Part shown: in pieces, positions 45,025-55,377 of the stretch
Layout of the letters: each line of letters starts with the position of its first letter
Numbering within the stretch: position 1 is the first letter of the stretch
Source of the DNA: a virus
Taxonomy: Duplodnaviria > Caudoviricetes
Direction: 5' to 3' (one strand)
Length of the DNA: 64,000 bases
IMG/VR virus record: IMGVR_UViG_3300017917_003016
Location: 96,001-160,000 of that record
Translations under genes and position numbers: made by a program
Notes under the pieces: generated by a model
The model's input: the letters and a program-made list of their open reading frames with translations, nothing else
Database searches by the model: none
What the model was told of the DNA's origin: nothing

Positions 45025-46272
45025 ATGTCATTTCAATTAAAAACTGTAGGTTTTGTTGGTATTGGTAAACTAGGACTTCCCTGCGCTGAGTCAATGGCGC
45101 AAAAATATGATGTTACGGGCTATGATATTTACTCTAAAAAGTCAGACAAGATCAAGATATCTGATAATTTAGAGGGTGCTTGTAAAAACAAGGATGTTAT
45201 TTTTGTGGCTGTGCAAACACCGCACGATCCAATATATGATGGTAGTCAACCTATCACACATTTGGACAACAAAGACTTTGACTATACTGCAGTCAAACAA
45301 GTGCTGGCTAACATAAATCAATATGTAAACAATCAACAACTAGTGGTTCTTATATCAACAGTTCTGCCCGGAACCACACGACGAGAACTACGTAAATGTA
45401 TATCTAATGCAAGATTTATATACAATCCTTATCTAATTGCTATGGGCAGTGTGGCCTGGGACATGGTCAATCCTGAAATGATCATTATTGGTACCGAAGA
45501 CGGCAGTTTAACTGGTGACGCTCAATTGCTCAAAGACTTCTATGATCCGTTAATGGAAAACAATCCTCGCTATGCCATTGGCACATGGGATGAAGCCGAA
45601 GCAATTAAAATTTTCTATAATACATTTATCAGTGCTAAGATTGGCCTAGTAAACATGATTCAGGACGTGGCTATGAAAAACGGTAACATCAACGTTGATA
45701 TAGTTACAGAGGCTCTGGCAAACAGCACTAAACGCATAGTCAGCAGCAAATATATGAAGGCAGGTATGGGAGATGCTGGACCTTGTCATCCCCGCGATAA
45801 CATAGCATTGCGTTGGTTAGCAGAACATTTAGATCTAGGCTATGATATTTTTGATACCATCATGCATGCCAGAGAAAAGCAAGCAGAAAATTTGGCTAAA
45901 TTTTTAATTCAACTACAAAAAGAAAACAATTTGCCCATAGTCATGCACGGCAAGGCCTACAAGCCAGACATCGACATCTTAGATGGTAGTTACAGTCTGT
46001 TAATCGGCAGTTATCTAAAAGAATCTAAGGCTAATTTCTTTTATGTCGATCCCATGACCAAAGATCTTTGGCACGACCCAAAGCCAGCAATTATTCTTTT
46101 GGCACACAATAGACAGGTTACCTATGGATATACAGGCACTGCAAGTGAACAGGATTTATATTTTATTCCCTCTGGTGGCAGCATCATTGTTGACCCGTGG
46201 AGAACCTTCACTACTGATATAAAAAACTATCGAGTAATTCACTATGGCAACACTAGAAAAATTTCATCTTGA
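45025..46272 (+). CDS. UDP-glucose/GDP-mannose dehydrogenase family protein
   Basis: GIGKLG Rossmann motif, FVAVQTP, STVLPGT, K.F.N, GD.GPCHPRD, K.YKP. Confidence 0.92.
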   Translation: MSFQLKTVGFVGIGKLGLPCAESMAQKYDVTGYDIYSKKSDKIKISDNLEGACKNKDVIFVAVQTPHDPIYDGSQPITHLDNKDFDYTAVKQVLANINQYVNNQQLVVLISTVLPGTTRRELRKCISNARFIYNPYLIAMGSVAWDMVNPEMIIIGTEDGSLTGDAQLLKDFYDPLMENNPRYAIGTWDEAEAIKIFYNTFISAKIGLVNMIQDVAMKNGNINVDIVTEALANSTKRIVSSKYMKAGMGDAGPCHPRDNIALRWLAEHLDLGYDIFDTIMHAREKQAENLAKFLIQLQKENNLPIVMHGKAYKPDIDILDGSYSLLIGSYLKESKANFFYVDPMTKDLWHDPKPAIILLAHNRQVTYGYTGTASEQDLYFIPSGGSIIVDPWRTFTTDIKNYRVIHYGNTRKISS

Positions 46273-46756
46273 ACCTTTTTGGGATAACCAATATGTTAGA
46301 CTAGAATACAAAAATGAACCATTTAACAGCCACCTTGATGTGTCACGGTGGTTGGTAATGGGCTACGGACCTAAATTCACTGGCGACATGTGTGACATGA
46401 GAAAATCTCAGCCCGATTGGAACAATCAAATAATCAAACACTTTCAAAATTTGGGTTGGCAAGATGTCTGCACTAGTTACTACCGAATGACCAGCGGCAC
46501 TGTATTGCCCGAACATATTGATACCTACAAACGATACATAGAAATTTTTAACCTCAAAGGTTGCGAACAGACCATACAACGTGCATTGATATTTTTAGAA
46601 GATTGGGCCAGTGGTCACTATTTGGAAATAGAACAGGTTCCCATAACGGGCTGGGCACGAGGAGACTACTATGTTTGGTCTAAAGACACACCACATATGG
46701 CTGCAAACCTAGGTGCAAGACCTAGATATACTCTACAGGTCACTGGACACCTATGA
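46244..46756 (+). CDS. 2OG-Fe(II) oxygenase-like protein
   Basis: LPEHID (HxD) ... PHMAAN ... RYTLQ. Confidence 0.7.
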   Translation: MATLEKFHLEPFWDNQYVRLEYKNEPFNSHLDVSRWLVMGYGPKFTGDMCDMRKSQPDWNNQIIKHFQNLGWQDVCTSYYRMTSGTVLPEHIDTYKRYIEIFNLKGCEQTIQRALIFLEDWASGHYLEIEQVPITGWARGDYYVWSKDTPHMAANLGARPRYTLQVTGHL

Positions 46757-47664
46757 TAATAAACAGCACCAACGAATGGGGAAGATTGCGCAGTGTAGTT
46801 GTGGGCACGGCCAATCATGCTAACTGGCCAACAAATGATCCAGTTTTTTCTCAAGAAAGTCTCAAAACAACATGGAAAGAAACCCCAGTGCCACAGGGTC
46901 CCGTTCCACAATGGATTATCGACGAAACCAACGAAGACTTAGAAAAATTAGTCGATACTTTGAAACTAATGTCTATAGATGTAGTACGTCCTAAAGACAT
47001 GAATTTTCAACAGTTGGGGGGAATGTATAACTACTGCCCCCGTGATCGCTTGTTAATCTGGAAAGATTATATAGTTGATACTGCCATGATGTATCCCTGT
47101 CGAAACATGGAAATTCATGCATTGTCTGACATAACCGCTGCCGGAAAAGTAATCAGCATGCCTCGTGATCAAGGTCTGATCCTTGATGCGGCCAATATCT
47201 GTCGATTAGGCAACACTTGGTTATTTTTAGAAAGTTCTAGTGGCAATCGTTTGGCCTACGAGTGGTTACAAAAACGATTTAGCGATATCAATATCGAGTT
47301 GGTAAATTTTTACTCTGGTGTACATATTGACTCGACTATATGTCCGCTGCGTGAGGGATTTGTAGTGTTAAATGCCAGTCGTGTCACAGCCAGCAATTGT
47401 CCTAAAGCCTTTGACGGGTGGACGAAGTTATGGGTTGACCATGTAGAAGCACAGAGTTTCTACCAATATCCCTATGCCAGCAAATGGATCGGTCTTAACA
47501 TGTTAAGTATCGATCCAAACACCGTTGTTGTTGATCAAAATCAAGTGCAGTTAATCAAAGATCTAGAAAAATTTGGGTTTACGGTAATACCTTTAGAACT
47601 ACGACATTCACGTACTCTAGGGGGAGGGTTCCACTGTGTAACCCTTGATTTACTTAGGGATTAA
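46753..47664 (+). CDS. amidinotransferase (glycine/inosamine-phosphate type)
   Basis: NEWGRLRSVVVG, YCPRD, DAAN, HIDST, GGGFHCVT (catalytic Cys). Confidence 0.9.
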   Translation: MIINSTNEWGRLRSVVVGTANHANWPTNDPVFSQESLKTTWKETPVPQGPVPQWIIDETNEDLEKLVDTLKLMSIDVVRPKDMNFQQLGGMYNYCPRDRLLIWKDYIVDTAMMYPCRNMEIHALSDITAAGKVISMPRDQGLILDAANICRLGNTWLFLESSSGNRLAYEWLQKRFSDINIELVNFYSGVHIDSTICPLREGFVVLNASRVTASNCPKAFDGWTKLWVDHVEAQSFYQYPYASKWIGLNMLSIDPNTVVVDQNQVQLIKDLEKFGFTVIPLELRHSRTLGGGFHCVTLDLLRD

Positions 47665-47688
47665 TAAATAATAAAAAATGGAAATTTT

Positions 47689-48420
47689 ATGTCCCAAAGT
47701 TTTGCTAGGTACACAGAAACATCTGTAAAAGCCTACCAGTTCAATCCAAAGAAGAACGAGATCATTGATCGTAAAAAAGAAATATTGGATTCTATAATCG
47801 ATCATTATGGTAGTTCTCCTTCCTCTGTTCTATTCTACGGGTTTAGTCCTCTTATGCTGGGCTGTAATTCCAAACAGATTGCAGTGGCCAGTATAACTTC
47901 TGAAATAAAAACTTTTCTGGATACGCTGTCAATTAAATACAGTTATATCAAAGAAGAAGATTTAACACAGTATCGCAAGAAATTTAACTGGGTAATTGCT
48001 GGAGATGAGTATTTTACTTTTGCGCAGTCTGAACAGGAACAAATGACTAAAATACAAGAAACCTGCTCGTTGGCACAAGATCTAATGATTACAACCCTAA
48101 AAGACTACAAGAATCAAGATTTTCGAGACCGTGAATTTAGCCAGCCGTTGGCTGTGCACTGTCAAAATAATACAAAAATATTTTTAGAGAATCATGACCA
48201 TGATTTAACTGATAGAAATTCATGGCAAACCACAGTGTGGGAATTAGAAAAAACAAAGTCTAACGTATACGGACCTTTTGCCAGACGTAGCATGTATTTT
48301 AAACAGATGGCTAAATTTTCAATTGATGCAGGTGCTAAGAATTTCTTTGTACATAAGAATTTAATGTACAAAAGTTTAATAAAAAAGAACTACGAGCACG
48401 TAATATCAATTAGTTTTTAA
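47689..48420 (+). CDS. hypothetical protein (possible degenerate methyltransferase fold)
   Basis: ORF track; VLFYGF could correspond to motif I; weak. Confidence 0.6.
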   Translation: MSQSFARYTETSVKAYQFNPKKNEIIDRKKEILDSIIDHYGSSPSSVLFYGFSPLMLGCNSKQIAVASITSEIKTFLDTLSIKYSYIKEEDLTQYRKKFNWVIAGDEYFTFAQSEQEQMTKIQETCSLAQDLMITTLKDYKNQDFRDREFSQPLAVHCQNNTKIFLENHDHDLTDRNSWQTTVWELEKTKSNVYGPFARRSMYFKQMAKFSIDAGAKNFFVHKNLMYKSLIKKNYEHVISISF

Positions 48421-48453
48421 AACTTGTAAACTGATAGTTTAATTCAAAGACAT

Positions 48454-49728
48454 ATGGATATCAATAGCCAATTACAGCCAATTATTGCCGGCATGATAAA
48501 TGATCTTAAGGTACAGATCAATCATGAATTGCGGCAACAATTATCCGGTGAAATAGTCAAAAGTTTGGCTGCTACAGAATTGACCAGCATAATTCAACAG
48601 GCAGTTAAAAATCAAGTTGAGGCCAGATTAGAAAAATTTGATTTTGCTGGTACCGGACAGCAGGAATTAAAAATAGCATTTAAACAGATCACTGACACGG
48701 TTAATAAAAATCTTGCCGCAGCCACTAACAAACAAATCACTGAGTTTGTCAATCAAAAATTAGCCCAGATAAACATACAAGATTCAATTGCAGCCGTGGT
48801 ACAGACAGCCTTGGGAGAAAATCTCAAAGGTACTACATTTCCTGCGGGCAGTATTCATCATTCATCTGTTAACTTTGCTGGATTTCAAATAACAGGTAGT
48901 GCGATCAAAGGCGGAATCATTGAAAATTTTGGCAGCGTTGGCGTAGAAGATCGTGCCAGTCATGTTCAAATGACCATAATGGACCATGCTGTGGCTTTTG
49001 AAAATCCTGTATACAGCCCCGAGTTAAATGTCACAGGTAACCTCACAGTAAATGGTCAGGTTGTTTTATATGGTGGGTTAGACAGCGATTCTCCGGGATT
49101 TAAACAATTGGTTAATAAAACCAGCGATGCTGTTAGAGAAGACCTAAATGATGAACTATTCTCTGGCTTTAGTGACACTGTCTTTAATCAAATCAAAAAC
49201 CAAGGAATAGATCTAGACAAGGTTTCACAAGGCGGCCGCGAAATTGTCAGTGGCAACCGACTGGGTTATCATATTGTTGATACTAATATTCAACGTGTTG
49301 GGATATTGAATGATCTACAGACCTCCGGCGAAAATCTTCTGTGTGATACCTTGTATGTGACTGCGCGCCGCGTGGGTATTAACACCATGGAGCCGACTAA
49401 TACCCTGAGCATATGGGATCAGGAAGTTGAATTTTCTGTAACCAAACATAGTCAAGACACTGGCTACATCGGCACTCCTCGAAATCAAAAACTAGTCTTA
49501 GGATCAAACAACAAACAAAATCTTGTGCTTAATCCAGACGGCACTGTCAAGGTAGAACACCTAGATATTGGTCCCATTGCCATGACCAGCCATAATGTAA
49601 TACCTAATTATCCCAGCAGGGCTGGACATATAGTTTGGAACACTGCACCAGCAGAAGGTGGAGTTATAGGATGGGTCTGTCTAGGTGGTGCCCAGTGGGC
49701 AGGGTTTGGCAAGATAGAAAACCATTGA
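48454..49728 (+). CDS. probable virion structural protein
   Basis: N-terminal helical region; C-terminal G.IVWN..P..GG.IGWVC motif seen in phage fibre proteins. Confidence 0.55.
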   Translation: MDINSQLQPIIAGMINDLKVQINHELRQQLSGEIVKSLAATELTSIIQQAVKNQVEARLEKFDFAGTGQQELKIAFKQITDTVNKNLAAATNKQITEFVNQKLAQINIQDSIAAVVQTALGENLKGTTFPAGSIHHSSVNFAGFQITGSAIKGGIIENFGSVGVEDRASHVQMTIMDHAVAFENPVYSPELNVTGNLTVNGQVVLYGGLDSDSPGFKQLVNKTSDAVREDLNDELFSGFSDTVFNQIKNQGIDLDKVSQGGREIVSGNRLGYHIVDTNIQRVGILNDLQTSGENLLCDTLYVTARRVGINTMEPTNTLSIWDQEVEFSVTKHSQDTGYIGTPRNQKLVLGSNNKQNLVLNPDGTVKVEHLDIGPIAMTSHNVIPNYPSRAGHIVWNTAPAEGGVIGWVCLGGAQWAGFGKIENH

Positions 49729-49753
49729 CAATCTTTAAGATTGTACGTATAAT
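49725..49753 (+). promoter_or_regulatory. sigma70-type promoter (the -35 box includes the upstream stop codon)
   Basis: TTGACA-17-TATAAT. Confidence 0.85.
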
Positions 49754-49783
49754 AAACTATCTTGTACTTTATCGGACACTGTT

Positions 49784-50815
49784 TTGACCACTCAACGCAT
49801 CGGCTTTGCCTGCAAATGGATTGATGACCCCAGTCAAGTTAACGGCATCAAAGCCAAAGACACCTGCAAAATCTATAACACTGGCACTACCACAGTAGCA
49901 TGGTTAAATAGACAGGCACGAGATGTGTCTGTGGCAAAACTGTGGTCTTTAATGCAACAGAACATTGAATCTACACAAAAACTTATCGAAAAGGTTGGTG
50001 CACTAGATGAACACCTTAGAATGGTTCGTCTCTCAAGTGATATACTTCCAGTATATACAGAGTCTAATTGGAGTTGGTTTTGGCGTGAGCCTGACGTTAG
50101 GCTTTATGCTGAACGGGCGTTTGGCAAGGTTGGTGATGCTGCTAGGCGCCTTGGTGTGCGCATTAGTTTTCATCCGGGTCAATTCTGCGTTTTGGCTTCA
50201 GATTCTGTCAACATTGTTGACCGTAGTATAGAAGAATTTGAATATCACGCGGACATGGCTCGCTGGATGGGCTACGGCCGTGAATTCCAAGACATGAAGA
50301 TCAACGTACACATTGCCGGCCGGCAAGGCCCTGAAGGTATTCGTCGTGTACTAAACAGACTCACACCCGAAGCACGTAATTGTATTACTATTGAAAACGA
50401 GGAGATGAAACATGGACTTGACGATTGTCTCAGCATCAGTGATTGTGTGCCTATTGTTCTTGACATACACCATCATTGGGTTCGCGAGGGGGAATACATT
50501 CAAGCAAATGATGATAGAGTTAAACGAGTTTGGGATAGTTGGCGCGGCCGTCGTCCTACTTGCCATTATAGTGTTAGTCGAGAAGACGTCCTTGTAAACC
50601 ATTGCGGCCAAACTCTGCCCGATCATCAGATCTTGTTAGAAACAGGCTATAAGAAAAGCCATCTCCGTGCACACAGCAACTTCTACTGGAACTCTAAGGT
50701 CAACGATTGGGCCTTGACTTTCTGGGAAAAATTTGATATAATGTGTGAATCAAAAGCAAAAAACCTTGCTAGTTTTGCCTTGTTTGAGCATGCTAAGGCT
50801 AACGGGGTAGTGTAA
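49784..50815 (+). CDS. uvsE: UV-damage endonuclease UvsE/UvdE
   Basis: RIGFACK, RLSSDILP, SFHPGQF, IHI/VHI, ENEE, LDIHHH, CE.K.K. Confidence 0.92.
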   Translation: MTTQRIGFACKWIDDPSQVNGIKAKDTCKIYNTGTTTVAWLNRQARDVSVAKLWSLMQQNIESTQKLIEKVGALDEHLRMVRLSSDILPVYTESNWSWFWREPDVRLYAERAFGKVGDAARRLGVRISFHPGQFCVLASDSVNIVDRSIEEFEYHADMARWMGYGREFQDMKINVHIAGRQGPEGIRRVLNRLTPEARNCITIENEEMKHGLDDCLSISDCVPIVLDIHHHWVREGEYIQANDDRVKRVWDSWRGRRPTCHYSVSREDVLVNHCGQTLPDHQILLETGYKKSHLRAHSNFYWNSKVNDWALTFWEKFDIMCESKAKNLASFALFEHAKANGVV

Positions 50816-51066
50816 TGTTTGGTGGCCCAAGTATTCCTGAACGTTTTTTATGGTGGAAGCATCAGATGGACGGCAGGTACGTTTGGCAGCGCAGATTCGC
50901 ACTACTACCACGTCGGAGTATGAGGTCAGACACAATGATTTGGCTGCAATGGGCCTGGCAAGGTCAGAGAATTATTACCGGACCTGGAGAACCAGTGGTT
51001 ATGATTCAATGGTTGACTGATAAAGAATTTACCTGGGAACAACTAAGGAGTAAAAATGGGACTTGA
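50815..51066 (+). CDS. hypothetical Trp-rich protein
   Basis: ORF track; coupled start. Confidence 0.6.
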   Translation: MFGGPSIPERFLWWKHQMDGRYVWQRRFALLPRRSMRSDTMIWLQWAWQGQRIITGPGEPVVMIQWLTDKEFTWEQLRSKNGT

Positions 51067-51466
51067 TATGTATGCCTATAGTGCTACCAAAGTCAACACA
51101 CAACGAGACTATTGGGATGGATATGATTTTGAAAAGAAAAAGTCTAACAGTCCAGAGCCCAAAGAACTGGCCTACTGGCGCAAGCATCCCAACCTCCATG
51201 GTTGGATGGAACGTCTATGGGAAAGCAAGGGCTGTCCTGGAGACAATCCAGAAGATATGTTCAACGGTGTAGAACTGGAATTGACCTGGGAGGATCTTGA
51301 ACAACTAGAACAAGATGTCAGTGCTGGTCGATTACCTGAAACCGCAGGTTTCTTTTTCGGCGCCGCCAGCGATGAATATTATCGAGAACAGGATCTTCAG
51401 TTTATTCGTGAGGCCAAAGCAGATATCATTGTGGGACTAAAGGTTTTTTACAATAGTTCATGGTAA
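51056..51466 (+). CDS. conserved phage hypothetical protein
   Basis: MGLDMY...YWRKHPNLHGWM...GFFFG. Confidence 0.75.
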   Translation: MGLDMYAYSATKVNTQRDYWDGYDFEKKKSNSPEPKELAYWRKHPNLHGWMERLWESKGCPGDNPEDMFNGVELELTWEDLEQLEQDVSAGRLPETAGFFFGAASDEYYREQDLQFIREAKADIIVGLKVFYNSSW

Positions 51467-51693
51467 CTGATCAATTGAATTGGTATTTGGAGTGGATAGC
51501 CACAGCCGTGCTGATCTTTGGTACTGCTGTAAACAGTCTTGGCTACTATCCCCTGGGTCCCATTCTCTTGTGCCTGGGCGGCGCTATTTGGACTGTGGTA
51601 GCGATACGCTGGCGTAGACCTAGTCTAATTGTAGTTAATATCATTATGCTACTAACAGGCATTACTGGTCTAGCATGGAATTATCTTGCATGA
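51460..51693 (+). CDS. small 3-TM membrane protein
   Basis: Hydrophobicity pattern. Confidence 0.65.
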   Translation: MVTDQLNWYLEWIATAVLIFGTAVNSLGYYPLGPILLCLGGAIWTVVAIRWRRPSLIVVNIIMLLTGITGLAWNYLA

Positions 51694-51944
51694 AAGAATT
51701 AGAATTTAACGATGATTGGCAGTATAATAATGAAGAAGAAGCCGAGATGGGCCAACTTCATGCCATTCACAACAACATGAATGCTGTAGCAGATGTTCGC
51801 CGTAGACTTGAAAAACAGTCAAGTCAACCATCGGCTGAATTCTGTGAAGAATGTGGTGATGACATTCCTTTGGCTCGCCGCACGGCTGTGCCCGGAGTAA
51901 AGTATTGCATTTTTTGTCAAGAAAAACACGAACGGAGATATTAA
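51690..51944 (+). CDS. DksA/TraR-family C4 zinc-finger protein
   Basis: CEECG..IP..RR.AVPG...CI.CQ. Confidence 0.85.
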   Translation: MKELEFNDDWQYNNEEEAEMGQLHAIHNNMNAVADVRRRLEKQSSQPSAEFCEECGDDIPLARRTAVPGVKYCIFCQEKHERRY

Positions 51945-51947
51945 AAC

Positions 51948-52538
51948 ATGCCTAATCTAGTACCAATGGTTCTTGAACGCACCAGTCAAGGTGAACGCAG
52001 TTATGATTTGTATTCAAGACTGCTCAAAGACCGCATTGTGATTCTTGACACTGACGTCAACGAACACTCAGCAAGTCTTATTGTTGCTCAATTGCTGTTC
52101 CTTGAAGCAGAAGATGCTGAAAAAGATATTTTGTTCTATATCAACAGTCCAGGGGGTATTATCACTGCTGGTATGAGCATTTATGATACCATGCAGTTTA
52201 TTCGTCCTCAGGTCAGCACCATTGTAATGGGACAGGCCTGCTCAATGGGCAGTTTTCTTGCACAAGCAGGGGCCCCAGGCAAACGTATGATGCTGCCCAA
52301 TGCTCGACACATGATTCACCAACCTAGCGGTGGTGCACGTGGCATGGCTTCAGACATTGAAATTTCCTACAAGGAAATCATGCACTGGAAGCAACGTCTA
52401 ACAGAACTTTATGTAGAGCACAATACCTCAGGTAAAACCTATGAAGATTTTGAGCGGGACATGGATCGTGACACTTTTATGAGTGCACAGGAATCTCTGG
52501 AGTATGGCCTCTGTGACGAAATTATCACTAAACGATAA
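51948..52538 (+). CDS. clpP: ClpP protease subunit
   Basis: [21 protein letters not shown] (Ser), MIHQP (His), RDTFM (Asp). Confidence 0.97.
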   Translation: MPNLVPMVLERTSQGERSYDLYSRLLKDRIVILDTDVNEHSASLIVAQLLFLEAEDAEKDILFYINSPGGIITAGMSIYDTMQFIRPQVSTIVMGQACSMGSFLAQAGAPGKRMMLPNARHMIHQPSGGARGMASDIEISYKEIMHWKQRLTELYVEHNTSGKTYEDFERDMDRDTFMSAQESLEYGLCDEIITKR

Positions 52539-53841
52539 TTTTTGCTCTAGCCCGTGGTTTCATGTCAAAATAAATCCCGGCGGTGACTTTGTTCCTTGCC
52601 GCTGGGACGCCGTCACGCTGACTAGTGATTATAATATTGCAAATACCAGTATCAGCGAATATATAAATTCCTTGCCCATGCAAACTTTACGCATGGATCT
52701 ACTAGAAGGAAAACAAATAAAAATCTGTGATTCATGTAAAAATGAAGATCGGAATCACAAGGTCAGCGGAAGAAGTCGACAACTGCTCAAAAGTGCAATA
52801 GACATAGAAAATTTTAATAAAACTTTTTGTGCCAGTCCGCATTTTGAATGGTTTGACTATTCCTATAGAAATCAAGGTCTGACTAAAAATTTGCCTGTAG
52901 ACCTTCAAATTGATTTGGGCAATGCCTGCAACAGCGGGTGTTTAATGTGCCATCCAATTTATAGTAGTAGGTTGCATACAGATTATCAAAAACTTTACAA
53001 ATCAGATCCAATTGTTTTTGATTACACTACACCAAAACGAAATTGGACCGATGACAAATTTCTAGTGGATAAGTTTGTAGATGAACTATCAACTATTCCA
53101 AATTTGAGATATCTGCATTTACTTGGTGGTGAAACACTTTATCTAGAAAGTTTTTATGCTATATGTGAAAAACTTATCGAAAAAGGGTTGGCTAAAAATA
53201 TAAGCCTAGGCACTACAACAAACTGCACAGTGTATACCCCTAGATTAGAAAAAATACTACAAGAGTTCAAACATGTTCATATTGGTCTGAGTATCGAAGC
53301 ATTTCATCCTCTCAACGATTACATTAGATGGCCTAGCAAATTAGAAGACGTTCAAGAAAATATCAAAAAATTTGTGGCTTTGAGAAACTCCTCAGATCTA
53401 CAGTTGAGTTTGAGAATTACTCCCTGTAATCTCAGTATTGGTCACTTGGATACTGTGTTTGATTTTATGATCAAACATTCTATAATTGCTGAAAGTTGTA
53501 ATCTCTTAGTGAACCCTAGTTTCTTACGAATTGAAATTCTACCGCATAACCTGTTAATGTCCGCTTTAGATAAAATCAATAATGTGATTAAAAAACACAA
53601 GTTGATCCCCAATTATGATGCATATGTCAATAGAAGAAACGAGTCTATTAGAAATGAAATTGTTTCTAAGACTATTTTTGAATACAAAGACCTATTAGAA
53701 AATCTGCAACCAGTTGAAAATCCAAAGCAGGAAAGACTGAATTTGGTTAAATTTTTAAAGGGATTTGAAGAACTTAGAAAAAACTGTATCCTAGACTATC
53801 TGCCAGAATATGAAGAATTTTTACGAAGCCACAATTACTAG
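52483..53841 (+). CDS. radical SAM protein with N-terminal twitch/SPASM-like domain
   Basis: FC..PW; CDSC; [12 protein letters not shown]; GGET; true start may be 52501. Confidence 0.82.
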   Translation: MHRNLWSMASVTKLSLNDNFCSSPWFHVKINPGGDFVPCRWDAVTLTSDYNIANTSISEYINSLPMQTLRMDLLEGKQIKICDSCKNEDRNHKVSGRSRQLLKSAIDIENFNKTFCASPHFEWFDYSYRNQGLTKNLPVDLQIDLGNACNSGCLMCHPIYSSRLHTDYQKLYKSDPIVFDYTTPKRNWTDDKFLVDKFVDELSTIPNLRYLHLLGGETLYLESFYAICEKLIEKGLAKNISLGTTTNCTVYTPRLEKILQEFKHVHIGLSIEAFHPLNDYIRWPSKLEDVQENIKKFVALRNSSDLQLSLRITPCNLSIGHLDTVFDFMIKHSIIAESCNLLVNPSFLRIEILPHNLLMSALDKINNVIKKHKLIPNYDAYVNRRNESIRNEIVSKTIFEYKDLLENLQPVENPKQERLNLVKFLKGFEELRKNCILDYLPEYEEFLRSHNY

Positions 53842-54193
53842 ACCTAAACTAAAACTAGACCTGTGTCTGAAGTTAGACCCGGTTGGTGCAGTTCCCTGTC
53901 GAGTTGTTATAAATGAAAAACTGCTCTGTGACGGATTACTTGACTGTGAAAAAACTGTAGTATATCAGATTCCTCTGACAGACCCAATTGACCTGGAGAT
54001 TCAAATACAGAGACTACATCCAGAGGCAGTCAAGGTATCTTTGCAAATTGACGGCAAAGAAATCTTGCCAAGATATCAGGCCATGGCAGCACCGCCAACC
54101 TGCTACTTAGACAATAACGACCTTTGGAGATTTAAGATTCCAAATTTCTATTCTTGGTATCATGAGATTACAGGGCAGGGATGGATTATCTAA
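53810..54193 (+). CDS. hypothetical protein
   Basis: ORF track. Confidence 0.6.
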   Translation: MKNFYEATITRPKLKLDLCLKLDPVGAVPCRVVINEKLLCDGLLDCEKTVVYQIPLTDPIDLEIQIQRLHPEAVKVSLQIDGKEILPRYQAMAAPPTCYLDNNDLWRFKIPNFYSWYHEITGQGWII

Positions 54194-54201
54194 GATTTTG
54201 G

Positions 54202-54230
54202 TTGACAATCTCATCGAAATATCTTATACT
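54202..54230 (+). promoter_or_regulatory. sigma70-type promoter
   Basis: TTGACA-17-TATACT. Confidence 0.85.
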
Positions 54231-54265
54231 AACAGAGTAGTAAATTTTAACCATCCAACAAGGAG

Positions 54266-54457
54266 ATGTACATGCAGTACGAAGTTAATGTTGACACCGC
54301 AATTCAACGTTTTAACAGCGGCAGTTACATCAGCCAAAGCCGTAATCAAGGAACTGTCACGGTCAATGCCAGCAGCATTAACCAAGCACAACGGTTGGTT
54401 TCTAATATGTTTGGCGGTTACAACAACTGTCAAGTTCGTTCAGTCCATCAAAAGTAA
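54266..54457 (+). CDS. hypothetical protein
   Basis: AAGGAG RBS. Confidence 0.65.
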   Translation: MYMQYEVNVDTAIQRFNSGSYISQSRNQGTVTVNASSINQAQRLVSNMFGGYNNCQVRSVHQK

Positions 54458-54466
54458 GGAGTAGTT

Positions 54467-54805
54467 ATGTTTACAGTAGCAGGTGTTAGTACTCATCGCG
54501 GACAGACTAAGGTCCGTTTCGCTAATGATTTGGTCAGTCGAGTTAAGATGCTAGTCAAGGACGGTCATACTGATGTAGAACTTTATGAATTGCCTGAACC
54601 TATGACCAAGGCAGAAGCCTGTGACTATCTTCGGCACAGCGACCTTGCACTTATGACTGTGCCGCATCTCGCTGAGGCTGTGGTCTCTGCCTGGGACAAG
54701 TATCATACGGTCAAGGTCACTAAGACTGCTAAGATTACTGTTAACCTTGAAGATCTCAAAGCACGTGCAGAAGCAGCCACTACCAAGAACGACGTTCCTT
54801 TTTAA
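54467..54805 (+). CDS. hypothetical protein
   Basis: AGGAG RBS. Confidence 0.7.
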   Translation: MFTVAGVSTHRGQTKVRFANDLVSRVKMLVKDGHTDVELYELPEPMTKAEACDYLRHSDLALMTVPHLAEAVVSAWDKYHTVKVTKTAKITVNLEDLKARAEAATTKNDVPF

Positions 54806-54824
54806 CCTGTAACAAATTTCTTGC

Positions 54825-54851
54825 AAAAAAAGGGGGTACTGCCCCCTTTTT
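54825..54851. terminator. bidirectional intrinsic terminator
   Basis: aaaaaaaggggg-tactg-cccccttttt. Confidence 0.8.
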
Positions 54852-54864
54852 CCATAAATACATT

Positions 54865-55041
54865 ATGGACAAGAACTTTTATTACTTTAGCGATGTTGAA
54901 TGGAGCAAAGTATTTGGCTATAGTTCTAGCCCTGAAGACTGCAGATATCCAGAAAATTGGCATCGCGAAGGGGAAATAAGAGTTACTCCCACGGGAGATT
55001 TGGAGATATACAGTGAAGGTTCATGGATCCCAAAATACTAA
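54865..55041 (+). CDS. hypothetical protein (58 aa)
   Basis: Translated by hand; follows CATAAATA. Confidence 0.5.
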   Translation: MDKNFYYFSDVEWSKVFGYSSSPEDCRYPENWHREGEIRVTPTGDLEIYSEGSWIPKY

Positions 55042-55102
55042 AATAACTTTTTGGCCATGGCATGCGTTTGGCTGCACTTGTCCCTTTTGTGCGAGATAAA
55101 TC

Positions 55103-55219
55103 ATGTGGCCAGCACTGATAGGTTTTTTTGTATTAATAGCAGTTTACTGCATAGTTACTTTTTCTGACGATATATTTGATATTTTTAACAACGACAACAA
55201 CGACAACAACGAGCAATGA
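55103..55219 (+). CDS. small membrane peptide (38 aa, MWPALIGFFVLIAVYCIV...NNDNNDNNEQ)
   Basis: Translated by hand; ATGA overlap with the next ORF. Confidence 0.5.
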   Translation: MWPALIGFFVLIAVYCIVTFSDDIFDIFNNDNNDNNEQ

Positions 55220-55377
55220 TTGTTTGTATTTGTAGAGATATTAGAACCAGCCAATACACTTGCGAAGAAGAACTTCGTGAGCGTATACTAGAGAATGACT
55301 TCAAGTGCGGTCTCTGTCAACTTCAATATCTAAATGAGTGCCCAAACAATAATCGAGTTCTTCAGGACCAACAGTGA
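55216..55377 (+). CDS. BFD-like [2Fe-2S] ferredoxin (53 aa)
   Basis: MIVCIC...KCGLC; four Cys in the BFD arrangement; below the ORF-track cutoff. Confidence 0.7.
   Translation: MIVCICRDIRTSQYTCEEELRERILENDFKCGLCQLQYLNECPNNNRVLQDQQ

Noticed and set aside
55187-55213. 9-nt tandem repeat AACAACGAC x3
   Set aside because: It encodes NND repeats at the end of the small ORF 55103-55219; not a CRISPR or regulatory array.
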